A stretch of DNA of 64,000 nucleotides, from positions 10,026 through 74,025 of the forward strand of contig JAVBOL010000009.1 in NCBI GenBank assembly GCA_031550615.1. The letters run 5' to 3'. A program made the translations under genes and the position numbers. A model generated the notes under the pieces. It was not told the origin of the DNA. It saw nothing but the letters and a program-made list of their open reading frames with translations, and searched no databases. Source of the stretch: Rikenellaceae bacterium. GTDB lineage: Bacteria > Bacteroidota > Bacteroidia > Bacteroidales > Rikenellaceae. Shown piece after piece: positions 26,975-35,034 of the stretch (positions within the stretch are counted from its first letter, which is position 1; each line of letters starts with the position of its first letter).

Positions 26975-27325
26975 TTACCGCGCATCGCCACGAGGTCTGC
27001 CCGCAGTGCACTCCACGCGGTTGTCTATCGCCCATTGAGCCAGCGAACGCAACAGCGGCGTAAGGGTCGTGCCCAGGGGCGTTATTGTATATTCCACCCG
27101 CGGGGGTATCTCGGGAAAAACCTTACGGCTTATCAGATTGTCGGATTCGAGTGTGCGCAGGGTCACTGTGAGCATCTTCTGCGAAATATCAGGGATCGTA
27201 CGCGATAACTCGCCGAACCGCGCCGGCGCACCGCAGTCCAGGGCCAGCAGCACCAGCACGGACCATTTGTCGCCGAACCGCGACATCACGTCGCGAACGG
27301 GGCAAAAATCCTCAATTTTTTTCAT
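26975..27325 (-). CDS. HxlR family transcriptional regulator
   Basis: CPVRDVMSRFGDKWSVLVLLAL...PPRVEYTITPLG signature. Start is either ATG 27325 or GTG 27361 and remains uncertain. Confidence 0.82.
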   Translation of the reverse strand: MKKIEDFCPVRDVMSRFGDKWSVLVLLALDCGAPARFGELSRTIPDISQKMLTVTLRTLESDNLISRKVFPEIPPRVEYTITPLGTTLTPLLRSLAQWAIDNRVECTAGRPRGDAR

Positions 27326-27414
27326 ACCACTTTGACGCTGATTTTCAATATTGCTTACCACACGGTAAGTATCTTTCTGTTACGTAACTACTTGTTTTTC
27401 AAAAACTCTCTTTT

Positions 27415-27422
27415 TAGCTTTG
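27415..27422 (+). promoter_or_regulatory. -7 promoter box (TAGCTTTG)
   Basis: About 44 nt upstream of ATG 27466. Confidence 0.45.
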
Positions 27423-27465
27423 CCTCTACAAAAGTAATTAACTTTATTTTATCAACCAAAAAAGG

Positions 27466-27921
27466 ATGGAGATGAAAACAACGCAAGTCATTGCCCGCGG
27501 GGATAACTACACCGCCGTGAGCGTGGGAAGTTGGGATGGATTGGGTGGCCACGTGCTGACACTCGCGCCTGGCGTAGAGATCCCAGGCAAGGTATTCGTG
27601 GGGACAGACCTCGGTTCGACCGGTGTAGAAGTGTCGTTCGGCGAGTTGCCTATCGGGGCAGGAATTGATTTCTTGCACACGCACGGCGACAACGAGGAGA
27701 TTTACGTCGTAGTGCGCGGCAGTGGGCAGTTCCAGGTCGACGGCAATATTTTCGACATAGCCGAAGGCAGTTTGGTTAGGGTCTCGCCCGCCGGTCGCCG
27801 CAGTTGGCGCAACACTGGCGATGCCCCCCTGGTCGTGATGTGCATCCAAAGCCGCGAATGTTCGCTCCCCGAGCTTGGCGTGGCGGACGGGCACATCCTC
27901 GATGGCACAGTCAGCTGGTAG
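27466..27921 (+). CDS. Cupin domain protein
   Basis: FLHTHGDNEEIYVVVRGSGQFQVDG cupin_2-like motif. Confidence 0.72.
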   Translation: MEMKTTQVIARGDNYTAVSVGSWDGLGGHVLTLAPGVEIPGKVFVGTDLGSTGVEVSFGELPIGAGIDFLHTHGDNEEIYVVVRGSGQFQVDGNIFDIAEGSLVRVSPAGRRSWRNTGDAPLVVMCIQSRECSLPELGVADGHILDGTVSW

Positions 27922-27923
27922 TA

Positions 27924-27960
27924 GCAAAGAGGCCTGTCTTTCACAGACAGGCCTCTTTGC
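27924..27960. terminator. Strong bidirectional hairpin terminator
   Basis: Perfect 16-bp stem GCAAAGAGGCCTGTCT / AGACAGGCCTCTTTGC with a 5-nt loop. Confidence 0.82.
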
Positions 27961-27961
27961 T

Positions 27962-28813
27962 CTAAAGCCACTCTTCGCTGACCACCCCGCCCTCGACGGA
28001 GACGACGATAACCTTCACCGGCACTTTGCGCGCCGCCCTTTGCGTGGCGGCCTGGGCTATGCGGAGCAACCCTCCGCAGCAGGGGACCTCCATGATGGCC
28101 ACCGTCAGGGTGTTGATCCGCGCCTGGTCGATCATGGACACCAGTTTCTCGATATATGCTTCCTGTCCCTGGTCCAGCTTGGGGCAAGCCACGGCCAGCA
28201 TGCGCCCGCGCAACAGGCGGTTGTGGAAATCGCCCATCGCAAAGGCTGTGCAGTCGGCGGCAAGCAACAGGTCTGCCCCCTGAAGGAAAGGTGCGGCAGG
28301 GTTGAGCAGATGCAGCTGCACAGGGAACTGCCTCAGTTCGGAGGGCTGCGACATGCGCATCCCGGCTGCGGCGAATCCCGGCGCACCGCCGCGGTTGACC
28401 TCGCGCATCATCGATCCCGGACACCCGCAAGCAAGCGGTTTTTCCTCCTGTAGGGGAGCGTCGATATCGGTTTTCAGGCCATGCTCTTCGAGGTAGCGCA
28501 AGCCCTGGTTCAATAATTCGCCCTGCCCGTGGTCGCGCAGGTGGCGCAGGTGTGCATCCACTACGGCCCGGCCCCTGGGTACGATGCGCTCCATCACGGC
28601 GCGCTCGTCATACGGCTCGGCCTCGCGCTCTTCGAGCGTTATGGCGCCTACGGGACACTCGCCGATGCACGCGCCCAGCCCGTCGCAATAGAGTTCGCTG
28701 ACCATCACGGCCTTGCCGTCGATAAGTTGCAGCGCGCCCTCGTGGCAGCCGCTTACGCAGGCTCCGCATCCGTTGCACAGGGCGTCGTCGATCTTTATAA
28801 CAGTACGTTTCAT
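27962..28813 (-). CDS. 4Fe-4S ferredoxin-domain protein with Cys-rich C-terminal domain (function unknown)
   Basis: CNGCGACVSGCHEG and CDGLGACIGECP motifs. Further conserved Cys residues (CGCPG, CPKLD, VPCCGG). ATG at 28813. Confidence 0.75.
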   Translation of the reverse strand: MKRTVIKIDDALCNGCGACVSGCHEGALQLIDGKAVMVSELYCDGLGACIGECPVGAITLEEREAEPYDERAVMERIVPRGRAVVDAHLRHLRDHGQGELLNQGLRYLEEHGLKTDIDAPLQEEKPLACGCPGSMMREVNRGGAPGFAAAGMRMSQPSELRQFPVQLHLLNPAAPFLQGADLLLAADCTAFAMGDFHNRLLRGRMLAVACPKLDQGQEAYIEKLVSMIDQARINTLTVAIMEVPCCGGLLRIAQAATQRAARKVPVKVIVVSVEGGVVSEEWL

Positions 28814-28868
28814 ATTCGGTCTCAATTATATGAGCAGCTTCGTTGGCGAATTCCTTCGTTTCATACCG

Positions 28869-28876
28869 CAAAGATA
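28869..28876 (-). promoter_or_regulatory. -7 promoter box (TATCTTTG, minus strand)
   Basis: CAAAGATA on the plus strand, upstream of ATG 28813. Confidence 0.45.
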
Positions 28877-28921
28877 TGCCCGAAAGGCCGCCGCAGTCTG
28901 ACACTTTTGTTGCATTTTGTA

Positions 28922-28929
28922 TACATTTG
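28922..28929 (+). promoter_or_regulatory. -7 promoter box (TACATTTG)
   Basis: 14 nt upstream of ATG 28944. Confidence 0.5.
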
Positions 28930-28943
28930 CAAAAAACACCGTC

Positions 28944-29618
28944 ATGGATTACTCGTCACTGGCCAAAACTGCGCTCTTCGCCGGGATGCGCACAGATGAA
29001 ATCGAAGGTCTGCTGGAACAATTCGGCATCAGTCCGGTCACGTTCCGCCGCGGCGACATACTCGCGCGCCAGGGCGAGGTGTGCAACCGCCTTATCGTGC
29101 TGCTCACAGGCGCCGCGCGGGGCGAGATGGGCGATTCGTCGGGCAAGGTGGTCAAGGTCGACGATATCGCGGCGCCCAACCCGCTGGCTATACTTTTCCT
29201 CTTCGGGCCCGACAACCGCTTTCCGGTCGACGCCGTGGCAAGCGACGACGGACAGGCCATCGTCATCCCGCGTGGGGTGGTGCTGCAGATGCTCTCGCGC
29301 AACGAGCATCTGCTGGAGAATTACCTTAATATATCGGCAACGTTCGCCTCGCGCCTGAGCCGCAAGCTGCACTTCATGTCCTTCCGCACCATACGCCAAA
29401 AACTGGCCGTCTACCTGCTCGACCTGGCGGCCAAAAGCGGCGCGCAGAACGTCCGACCCGATCGCACGCACCTCGCCCTGGCCGAATATTTCGGGGTGTC
29501 GCGCCAGGCGCTGGAGCGCGAAATGAAAAAGATGGCCGAAGAGGGACTTTTGAGCATTGAGGGTAAACTGATAACCGTAACGGACAAGGCGGCCCTCAAA
29601 CGTATCGTCGACCTGTAA
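28944..29618 (+). CDS. Crp/Fnr family transcriptional regulator
   Basis: cNMP-binding-like N-terminus. C-terminal HTH (RTHLALAEYFGVSRQALEREMKKM). Confidence 0.85.
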   Translation: MDYSSLAKTALFAGMRTDEIEGLLEQFGISPVTFRRGDILARQGEVCNRLIVLLTGAARGEMGDSSGKVVKVDDIAAPNPLAILFLFGPDNRFPVDAVASDDGQAIVIPRGVVLQMLSRNEHLLENYLNISATFASRLSRKLHFMSFRTIRQKLAVYLLDLAAKSGAQNVRPDRTHLALAEYFGVSRQALEREMKKMAEEGLLSIEGKLITVTDKAALKRIVDL

Positions 29619-29626
29619 TTATTTCC

Positions 29627-29634
29627 TATCTTTG
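29627..29634 (+). promoter_or_regulatory. -7 promoter box (TATCTTTG) only 4 nt before the ATG
   Basis: TATCTTTGCCCCATG. Implies a leaderless or near-leaderless mRNA. Confidence 0.45.
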
Positions 29635-29638
29635 CCCC

Positions 29639-30535
29639 ATGCGAAGAGTCAATAAATTCATCACCGACGCCGGCTACTGCTCACGGCGCGAGGCAGACGC
29701 CTATATCGCGCAGGGACGCGTGACGATCAACGGGCGCGAGGCCGCGCTGGGCGATGTGGTCGGCGAAGGCGATACGGTGGAGGTCGACGGCGAAAAGGTC
29801 GGCGCGAAGGCCAAAAAGGCGGTCTATATCGCCTGTCACAAACCGGTGGGGGTGACCTGCACCAGTGAGCGCAGCGACAAGACCAACATCATCGACTTTT
29901 TGGGCTATAAGGAGCGAATCTTCCCCGTAGGCCGCCTCGACAAGGACTCCGAGGGGCTTATCATCCTGACCAACGACGGGGATATCGTAAACAAGATACT
30001 GCGCGCGGGCAACAACAACCCCAAAGAGTATGTGGTGACGGTGGACAAACCGGCCACGGGCGATTTCCTGCGCCGCATGTCCGAGGGCGTGCACATTCTG
30101 GGCACGAAGACCAAGCCGTGCCGCATAGTGCGCAAGAACGACACCACATTCATAATATACCTGACCCAGGGCCTCAACCGCCAGATCAGGCGTATGTGCC
30201 AGGCGTTGGGCTATAAGGTCGTGCGCCTGAAGCGCACCAAAGTGATGAACATTGCCCTGGGCGACCTCGAAGCGGGACGCTGGCGCTACTTCACGGCGGA
30301 AGAAACCACCCGCATGCACGAGCTGCTGGCCGCCTCGTCCGGCACCGAGGAGGCGTCGGCGGAACCGCGACCCGCGCCGCGCCCCCGCAAAACGGGCTCG
30401 TACTCGTCCTATCGCGAGAAGGGACGGTCCGGCGCCCAACGCGAGGAGGGCAAAAAGACCCCGGGCACGAAATCGCGCTCCACGTCGCGTCCCGCAGCCC
30501 CGCGTCCCGCGACCAAATCGCGCCACAAGCTGTAA
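29639..30535 (+). CDS. RsuA/RluF-type rRNA pseudouridine synthase with basic C-terminal tail
   Basis: S4 domain (RVNKFITDAGYCSRREAD). Catalytic GRLDKDSEGLIILTNDG. Lys/Arg/Ser-rich tail. Confidence 0.85.
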   Translation: MRRVNKFITDAGYCSRREADAYIAQGRVTINGREAALGDVVGEGDTVEVDGEKVGAKAKKAVYIACHKPVGVTCTSERSDKTNIIDFLGYKERIFPVGRLDKDSEGLIILTNDGDIVNKILRAGNNNPKEYVVTVDKPATGDFLRRMSEGVHILGTKTKPCRIVRKNDTTFIIYLTQGLNRQIRRMCQALGYKVVRLKRTKVMNIALGDLEAGRWRYFTAEETTRMHELLAASSGTEEASAEPRPAPRPRKTGSYSSYREKGRSGAQREEGKKTPGTKSRSTSRPAAPRPATKSRHKL

Positions 30536-30541
30536 GGGGCG

Positions 30542-31123
30542 ATGAATTACCTCGCCCACATATTACTCTCCGGCAGCGACGGCGGGGTCAGGGTCGGCAA
30601 CTTCATCGGCGATGCGGTAAAAGGCAACGCCTATAAGGATTATCCGCAAGCCATCTGCCGCGGGGTGAAGCTGCACCGCACCATAGACGCCTACACCGAC
30701 TCCCACCCGGCGATCCGCGAGGCCGTCCGCACGCTCTCGCCACATTTCGGGCGGTACTCGGGCGTGGTGCTGGATATATATTTCGACCACCTGCTGGCCT
30801 CGCGCTTCGGTGAGTTCTCCGACGTGCCGCTGCGCCGTTTCACGCGACGGTTTTACCTCGACCTGGCCTTGCGCCGCCACCGGCTGCCGCAGCGCATTAA
30901 GAATTTCATGTGGCACTTCATACTCACCGACCGGCTCGGTCGCTACGCCACCGCGGGGGGTATCGGTGAATCGCTCTCGATAATGGTGCGCTACCGCCAC
31001 CTCGACATCCATGTCCAGGCGGCGGTCGAATACCTCGCCAGGCACGAGGATGAGCTGTGGGAGGTATTCCTCCCGTTCTTCGGCGAGTTACAGGCGTTGT
31101 GCCGCCGCGAGCTCTCCAAATAG
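30542..31123 (+). CDS. acpH: Acyl carrier protein phosphodiesterase
   Basis: MNYLAHILLSG N-terminus and length (193 aa) are typical of AcpH. Confidence 0.8.
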   Translation: MNYLAHILLSGSDGGVRVGNFIGDAVKGNAYKDYPQAICRGVKLHRTIDAYTDSHPAIREAVRTLSPHFGRYSGVVLDIYFDHLLASRFGEFSDVPLRRFTRRFYLDLALRRHRLPQRIKNFMWHFILTDRLGRYATAGGIGESLSIMVRYRHLDIHVQAAVEYLARHEDELWEVFLPFFGELQALCRRELSK

Positions 31124-31130
31124 CCTCAAA

Positions 31131-31616
31131 CTAATCCTGGTCGGTGAATTTCAGGTGCAGTAGGAGCCTGTCGATGGCTTTTGCGATCCTGTCCGCCTTG
31201 GTCTGCTCGCCCTTCGCGGAATATATCCACTTGACGTAGTTGTGCCGCTGGCTCTCGCTGAGCGATTGAAAGAATTTCAGCGCATCGGGCTCGTCCCCCA
31301 GGCACGATAGCAGCTCTTCGGGGACTTCCAGCGGTCCATTGACCGCATAGAGGACGACGTGGACGTAATCGCCCGCCTGTTTTTTTATTTTCTTCCTTAT
31401 ATCGGCCTTTACCGAGAGTATCAGCGTCCCCTTGCCCGAGGGCATCAGGTGGTGGTCGGCTATCTGCAAGCCGTCGATAGTGCCGCTCACCCTCACCCAA
31501 CTGAACGAGGCGTTTTTGTCGGGCAGTATCTCGTGGATGACCGCATACGTCCAGCCCCCTTTGCCCGGGGACCTTTCCAGCAGGTATTCCCTGTCTACAA
31601 GCGGTTTTCCATGCAT
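31131..31616 (-). CDS. DUF1905 / YdeI-family protein
   Basis: PGKGGWTYAVI motif. YdeI-like C-terminus. Confidence 0.7.
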   Translation of the reverse strand: MHGKPLVDREYLLERSPGKGGWTYAVIHEILPDKNASFSWVRVSGTIDGLQIADHHLMPSGKGTLILSVKADIRKKIKKQAGDYVHVVLYAVNGPLEVPEELLSCLGDEPDALKFFQSLSESQRHNYVKWIYSAKGEQTKADRIAKAIDRLLLHLKFTDQD

Positions 31617-31617
31617 A

Positions 31618-31953
31618 CTATGATTTCTTCAAAAAGCAGGTTTTCAGAACTATGCCGCTGCCGTCTATCCTGCAGTCGACCTGTTCGGGATTTTCCGTCA
31701 GGCGAATATTCTTGACTTTCGTACCCTGCTTGATGACCATCGACGAGCCTTTGACGTCGAGGTCTTTAATGACCGTCACCGAGTCGCCGTCTGCCAGGGG
31801 ATTGCCGTTGCAATCTTTCGGCAACTGCCCGGCGTCTTCCTGCTGCGTTTCGCCCTCCGCCCATTCGTGTCCGCAGTCGGGACAAACGTTCAATGATCCG
31901 TCAAAATAGGTGTTGCCCATTTCGCACATGGGGCAATTAGAGATATCGCTCAT
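31618..31953 (-). CDS. phnA: PhnA-family zinc-ribbon protein
   Basis: CPMC...CPDCGHEW zinc ribbon plus a conserved C-terminal domain (DGDSVTVIKDLDVKGS). Confidence 0.88.
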   Translation of the reverse strand: MSDISNCPMCEMGNTYFDGSLNVCPDCGHEWAEGETQQEDAGQLPKDCNGNPLADGDSVTVIKDLDVKGSSMVIKQGTKVKNIRLTENPEQVDCRIDGSGIVLKTCFLKKS

Positions 31954-32041
31954 CGTCTCAATAAATTTAATGAGCAGCGAAGATATGCAATATCAGGCGA
32001 TTAAAAAAACGGTCCGACCGAGTATTTCTACTTCGGGAGGA

Positions 32042-32932
32042 CTAACTGCGCCTGACGCCCGGATCGTCGACGACCGCCGCGGGGGGTGTGAGCAGCACAG
32101 AGGGGTTGGAGAGCAGCTGCCCCAACAGGCGCAGCGAGGATACCAGGTAAAACCCGTCGCACATCCTCTCGTCTATGGTGTATTTGAGCCACACGCCCTT
32201 CTGGCGCACGAGGTTGCCCTGCCCGTCGGGCACATAGTCGAAACTCTTGCGCCCCAGGGTGGCGAAACATCCGCACGTGCCGAATTCGTAGAGGTGGTGG
32301 TAGGCCGCCTCGGAGCCGAGCGACCCAAGGTTTGACAAAAACAGCGAGCAGTGCCAGGGACTTACCTTCAAAAGGCTTGCGGGGAACACGCCTTTGTCAT
32401 CCATACGCAGGAACAGCGAGGAGATCCACCGCAGCATGAACGACGGCACGAGGCTCAGCAGCCGCGCCGTTTTATCCATCTCGCCAGCCTGTTCGGACAC
32501 CGCGGTGCGGTACTCGCGCTCGACCTTGCGCACCACGTCGGCGATGGTGTCTTCGGGTGAAAATATCATTTTTATCACCGTCTCCTCGGCCAGGTCCCTC
32601 ATCTCCTTTTTGACCGTAAGGCAGATGCTTATGTGGTTGCGGGCGTAGACCTTGCGGTCGACCACGAAACGATTCAGCAGAGGGCGCTGGCTGTACAGCC
32701 TCACGAAAGCCGCCACGATGACGTGCATGATCGACAACCCGGGGATCTGTTCGCGGTACTGCCTGACCAGTTTTTCGATAGGCTCCAGCGCCACTCGGTC
32801 CTTATAGAGCACCTGCGAGGCATTGCGTCCCCGCATAAGGTGGGGCATGATCGTAAATATGGGGTCGAGGCTGCGCACCCGCCACCCGTCCCTGCGGTCG
32901 CCCCTGCGCCGTTTTATCCCTTTATTCTCCAT
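32042..32932 (-). CDS. Stand-alone 2-oxoacid dehydrogenase acyltransferase-like (CAT-fold) catalytic domain protein
   Basis: C-terminal DERMCDG motif corresponds to the DHRxxDG active-site motif of the family. 296 aa with no lipoyl domain. Confidence 0.65.
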   Translation of the reverse strand: MENKGIKRRRGDRRDGWRVRSLDPIFTIMPHLMRGRNASQVLYKDRVALEPIEKLVRQYREQIPGLSIMHVIVAAFVRLYSQRPLLNRFVVDRKVYARNHISICLTVKKEMRDLAEETVIKMIFSPEDTIADVVRKVEREYRTAVSEQAGEMDKTARLLSLVPSFMLRWISSLFLRMDDKGVFPASLLKVSPWHCSLFLSNLGSLGSEAAYHHLYEFGTCGCFATLGRKSFDYVPDGQGNLVRQKGVWLKYTIDERMCDGFYLVSSLRLLGQLLSNPSVLLTPPAAVVDDPGVRRS

Positions 32933-32944
32933 TATTTAGATATG

Positions 32945-33706
32945 TTAGGCGCGCCCGGGCTTGCCGAGTATGGGGTCGATGATGGCGTGCATCATTTTTT
33001 TGAGCTTGTCACGTGGGCTTAACGAGCGGTGCATCAGCACCGCCCCACAGAAGAGGTCGGGATTGAAACCCCTGATCTGCGCATATTGGCCGGCCATTTC
33101 GACCAGTTGCATCCGCGGCAGCGTCCAGCGCATTTCGCGTGCCGAGAGGCGCATATCCATTCGGCGGAACACCACGCGGTTGATGTCGATCAGCGCGAAG
33201 CTGTAACCCAGGTCCGTGTGGCGGACGAATATGTTACCGTGATTATAGTCGCCGTGCATGATACCCGCCGAGTGCATTTTGGCCGTGAATGCCGCCAGGT
33301 CGCTCAATATGGCGGAGCGCTGCTCGGGGGTGTACGAGTCGATATCCGCCAACAGGGGCAGGTCGATATGGCGCGAGATGAAATAGCCGGTGTGGAACAC
33401 GCCGCACACAGCCACTTCTATATAAGCCACCGCCTCGGCGGTGGCTATTCCCATCCGCTTGAACCTGCCGGCATACTCGTACGAGCGGCGGGCCTTGCTC
33501 CAGCGCAGACCCGAGTAGACCAGTTGGTTCACCCTTGTGGGACGTTTATAGCATTTGATAACCAGCACCGTACCGTCGGGAGCCGTGACCTTTTCGATGG
33601 TGTTGCGCCCGTGGTAGATCACCTCCCCGCGGGGAAAAGGGCGTGTGGGCAGCGAGGAGATAAAATCGCCCAGGTGGGCGTATTCGGGATTGACGACGAT
33701 CTTCAT
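32945..33706 (-). CDS. Lipopolysaccharide kinase (Kdo/WaaP) family protein
   Basis: Protein-kinase-like HGDYNHGNIFV catalytic loop region, 253 aa. Confidence 0.72.
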   Translation of the reverse strand: MKIVVNPEYAHLGDFISSLPTRPFPRGEVIYHGRNTIEKVTAPDGTVLVIKCYKRPTRVNQLVYSGLRWSKARRSYEYAGRFKRMGIATAEAVAYIEVAVCGVFHTGYFISRHIDLPLLADIDSYTPEQRSAILSDLAAFTAKMHSAGIMHGDYNHGNIFVRHTDLGYSFALIDINRVVFRRMDMRLSAREMRWTLPRMQLVEMAGQYAQIRGFNPDLFCGAVLMHRSLSPRDKLKKMMHAIIDPILGKPGRA

Positions 33707-33850
33707 TTGTTAGGGTCGGGGGCGTATATAATATACGAAAGTAGTGATTTTAGATCAATTATATAAAAAACCAGCGCGATACTTCGCCCGGTGTAGCTCC
33801 GAAACCGGAAATTTTATATACTTTTATATCGAACTTAAAAAATAATCTGT

Positions 33851-34093
33851 ATGAGTTGGCTTTGGACGATACTTATCGGTATGCTGGCGGGTTACGCGGC
33901 AGGCGTGCTCATGAAAGGCAAAGGCTTCGGCCTGATAGTGAATCTGATAGTCGGTCTTGTCGGCGGTTGGCTCGGCGGCTGGCTCTTCGGAATCATAGGC
34001 TTGGGCCCGAACAACATCGTCGGCAGTCTTATCGCCGCGGTGGTAGGTGCCGTGTTGCTCCTTTATATCATTTCGCTCTTTAAGCGGAAATAG
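33851..34093 (+). CDS. GlsB/YeaQ/YmgE family stress-response membrane protein
   Basis: 80 aa, Gly-rich TM helices (LIVGLVGGWLGGWLFG). Confidence 0.85.
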   Translation: MSWLWTILIGMLAGYAAGVLMKGKGFGLIVNLIVGLVGGWLGGWLFGIIGLGPNNIVGSLIAAVVGAVLLLYIISLFKRK

Positions 34094-34103
34094 AAAGGAT
34101 GTG

Positions 34104-34140
34104 CAGCAAGAAAGGGGGCCATTGGCCCCCTTTCTTGCTG
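34104..34140. terminator. Strong bidirectional hairpin terminator
   Basis: 17-bp perfect stem CAGCAAGAAAGGGGGCC / GGCCCCCTTTCTTGCTG. Confidence 0.82.
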
Positions 34141-34449
34141 CTAAGCCTCGCCCATGTTGAGGTTAAGGGTCGGGCGGTCGCTGTCGTCGTCCATCCGGCT
34201 GACGGGGATATCTATCCTGCCGACGTTGCTCTCATAGCGGGTGATATTGTCCTGCAGGGTCATCAACAGGCGCTTGGCGTGCTCTGGGGTGAGTATGATG
34301 CGGCTTTTGACCTTCGCCTTGGGGACGCCGGGCATCAGGGCGGCGAAGTCCAGGACAAATTCGGATGTCGAGTGCGATATGACTACAAGGTTCGAATATT
34401 CGCCCTGGGCGATCTGCTCGGGCAGTTCTACGTTCATCTCCTTTTCCAT
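34141..34449 (-). CDS. DUF3467 domain protein
   Basis: ATG at 34449 (MEKEMNVELPEQIAQGEYSNLVVISHSTSEFVLDF). Confidence 0.72.
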   Translation of the reverse strand: MEKEMNVELPEQIAQGEYSNLVVISHSTSEFVLDFAALMPGVPKAKVKSRIILTPEHAKRLLMTLQDNITRYESNVGRIDIPVSRMDDDSDRPTLNLNMGEA

Positions 34450-34470
34450 GAAAATCTGTTTTGTAACGAA

Positions 34471-34478
34471 CAAAAGTA
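34471..34478 (-). promoter_or_regulatory. -7 promoter box (TACTTTTG, minus strand)
   Basis: CAAAAGTA on the plus strand. The track's TTG start at 34473 is inside the box. Confidence 0.45.
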
Positions 34479-34553
34479 CCCATTTGCCGCGTCTGACGCT
34501 TAGGAAAGGCCATGAAGTTATCGGCTTTTTATTAACAATCGGTTAAATATTCG

Positions 34554-34561
34554 TATCTTTG
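34554..34561 (+). promoter_or_regulatory. -7 promoter box (TATCTTTG)
   Basis: 26 nt upstream of ATG 34588. Confidence 0.5.
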
Positions 34562-34587
34562 CCGCTGTTTATTTAAAGCAAAGATAT

Positions 34588-35034
34588 ATGTCGCGCTACC
34601 TGTTGCGTTCCGCCAAATACCTGGTACAATTAGTGTTGTTGCTTACGGTGCTGTTCACGGTCATGCTGCTGACCGGCACGGCTGCGGGTGATTCGCCCGC
34701 GGAGATGCTTTTTTCCACTAAGGGAGCGCTGATGGCAGCCCTGCTGCTGGCCGTGGCCGCGGCCTATCCCTCCTACGGCTTCACCTCGCGAAGGGTGGCC
34801 GCAGATTTCACCGCCGACCGCGAGAAGATCGTCCGGGCGATGGATATGGGCGGCTACGTACCCGGAGAAACGAAGGACGGGGTGATGGCCTTCCACACGC
34901 GCAACGCGCTTAAAAGGCTGTGGCGGATGGGCGAGGATACGCTGACCGTAACCCCGGTGGATGGGGGAGTAATGATAACCGGACTTCGTAAAGAGGTCAT
35001 AAATGCGTACTATCGCCTGGGGGCAACGATATGA
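34588..35034 (+). CDS. Hypothetical membrane protein
   Basis: Two N-terminal hydrophobic helices. ATGA overlap with the downstream peptidase gene. Confidence 0.6.
   Translation: MSRYLLRSAKYLVQLVLLLTVLFTVMLLTGTAAGDSPAEMLFSTKGALMAALLLAVAAAYPSYGFTSRRVAADFTADREKIVRAMDMGGYVPGETKDGVMAFHTRNALKRLWRMGEDTLTVTPVDGGVMITGLRKEVINAYYRLGATI

Noticed and set aside
33723-33737. Considered the perfect palindrome CGTATATAATATACG as a stand-alone feature.
   Set aside because: It is a short AT-rich palindrome in an AT-rich promoter region and could arise by chance. It is mentioned under the kinase/acyltransferase finding only.
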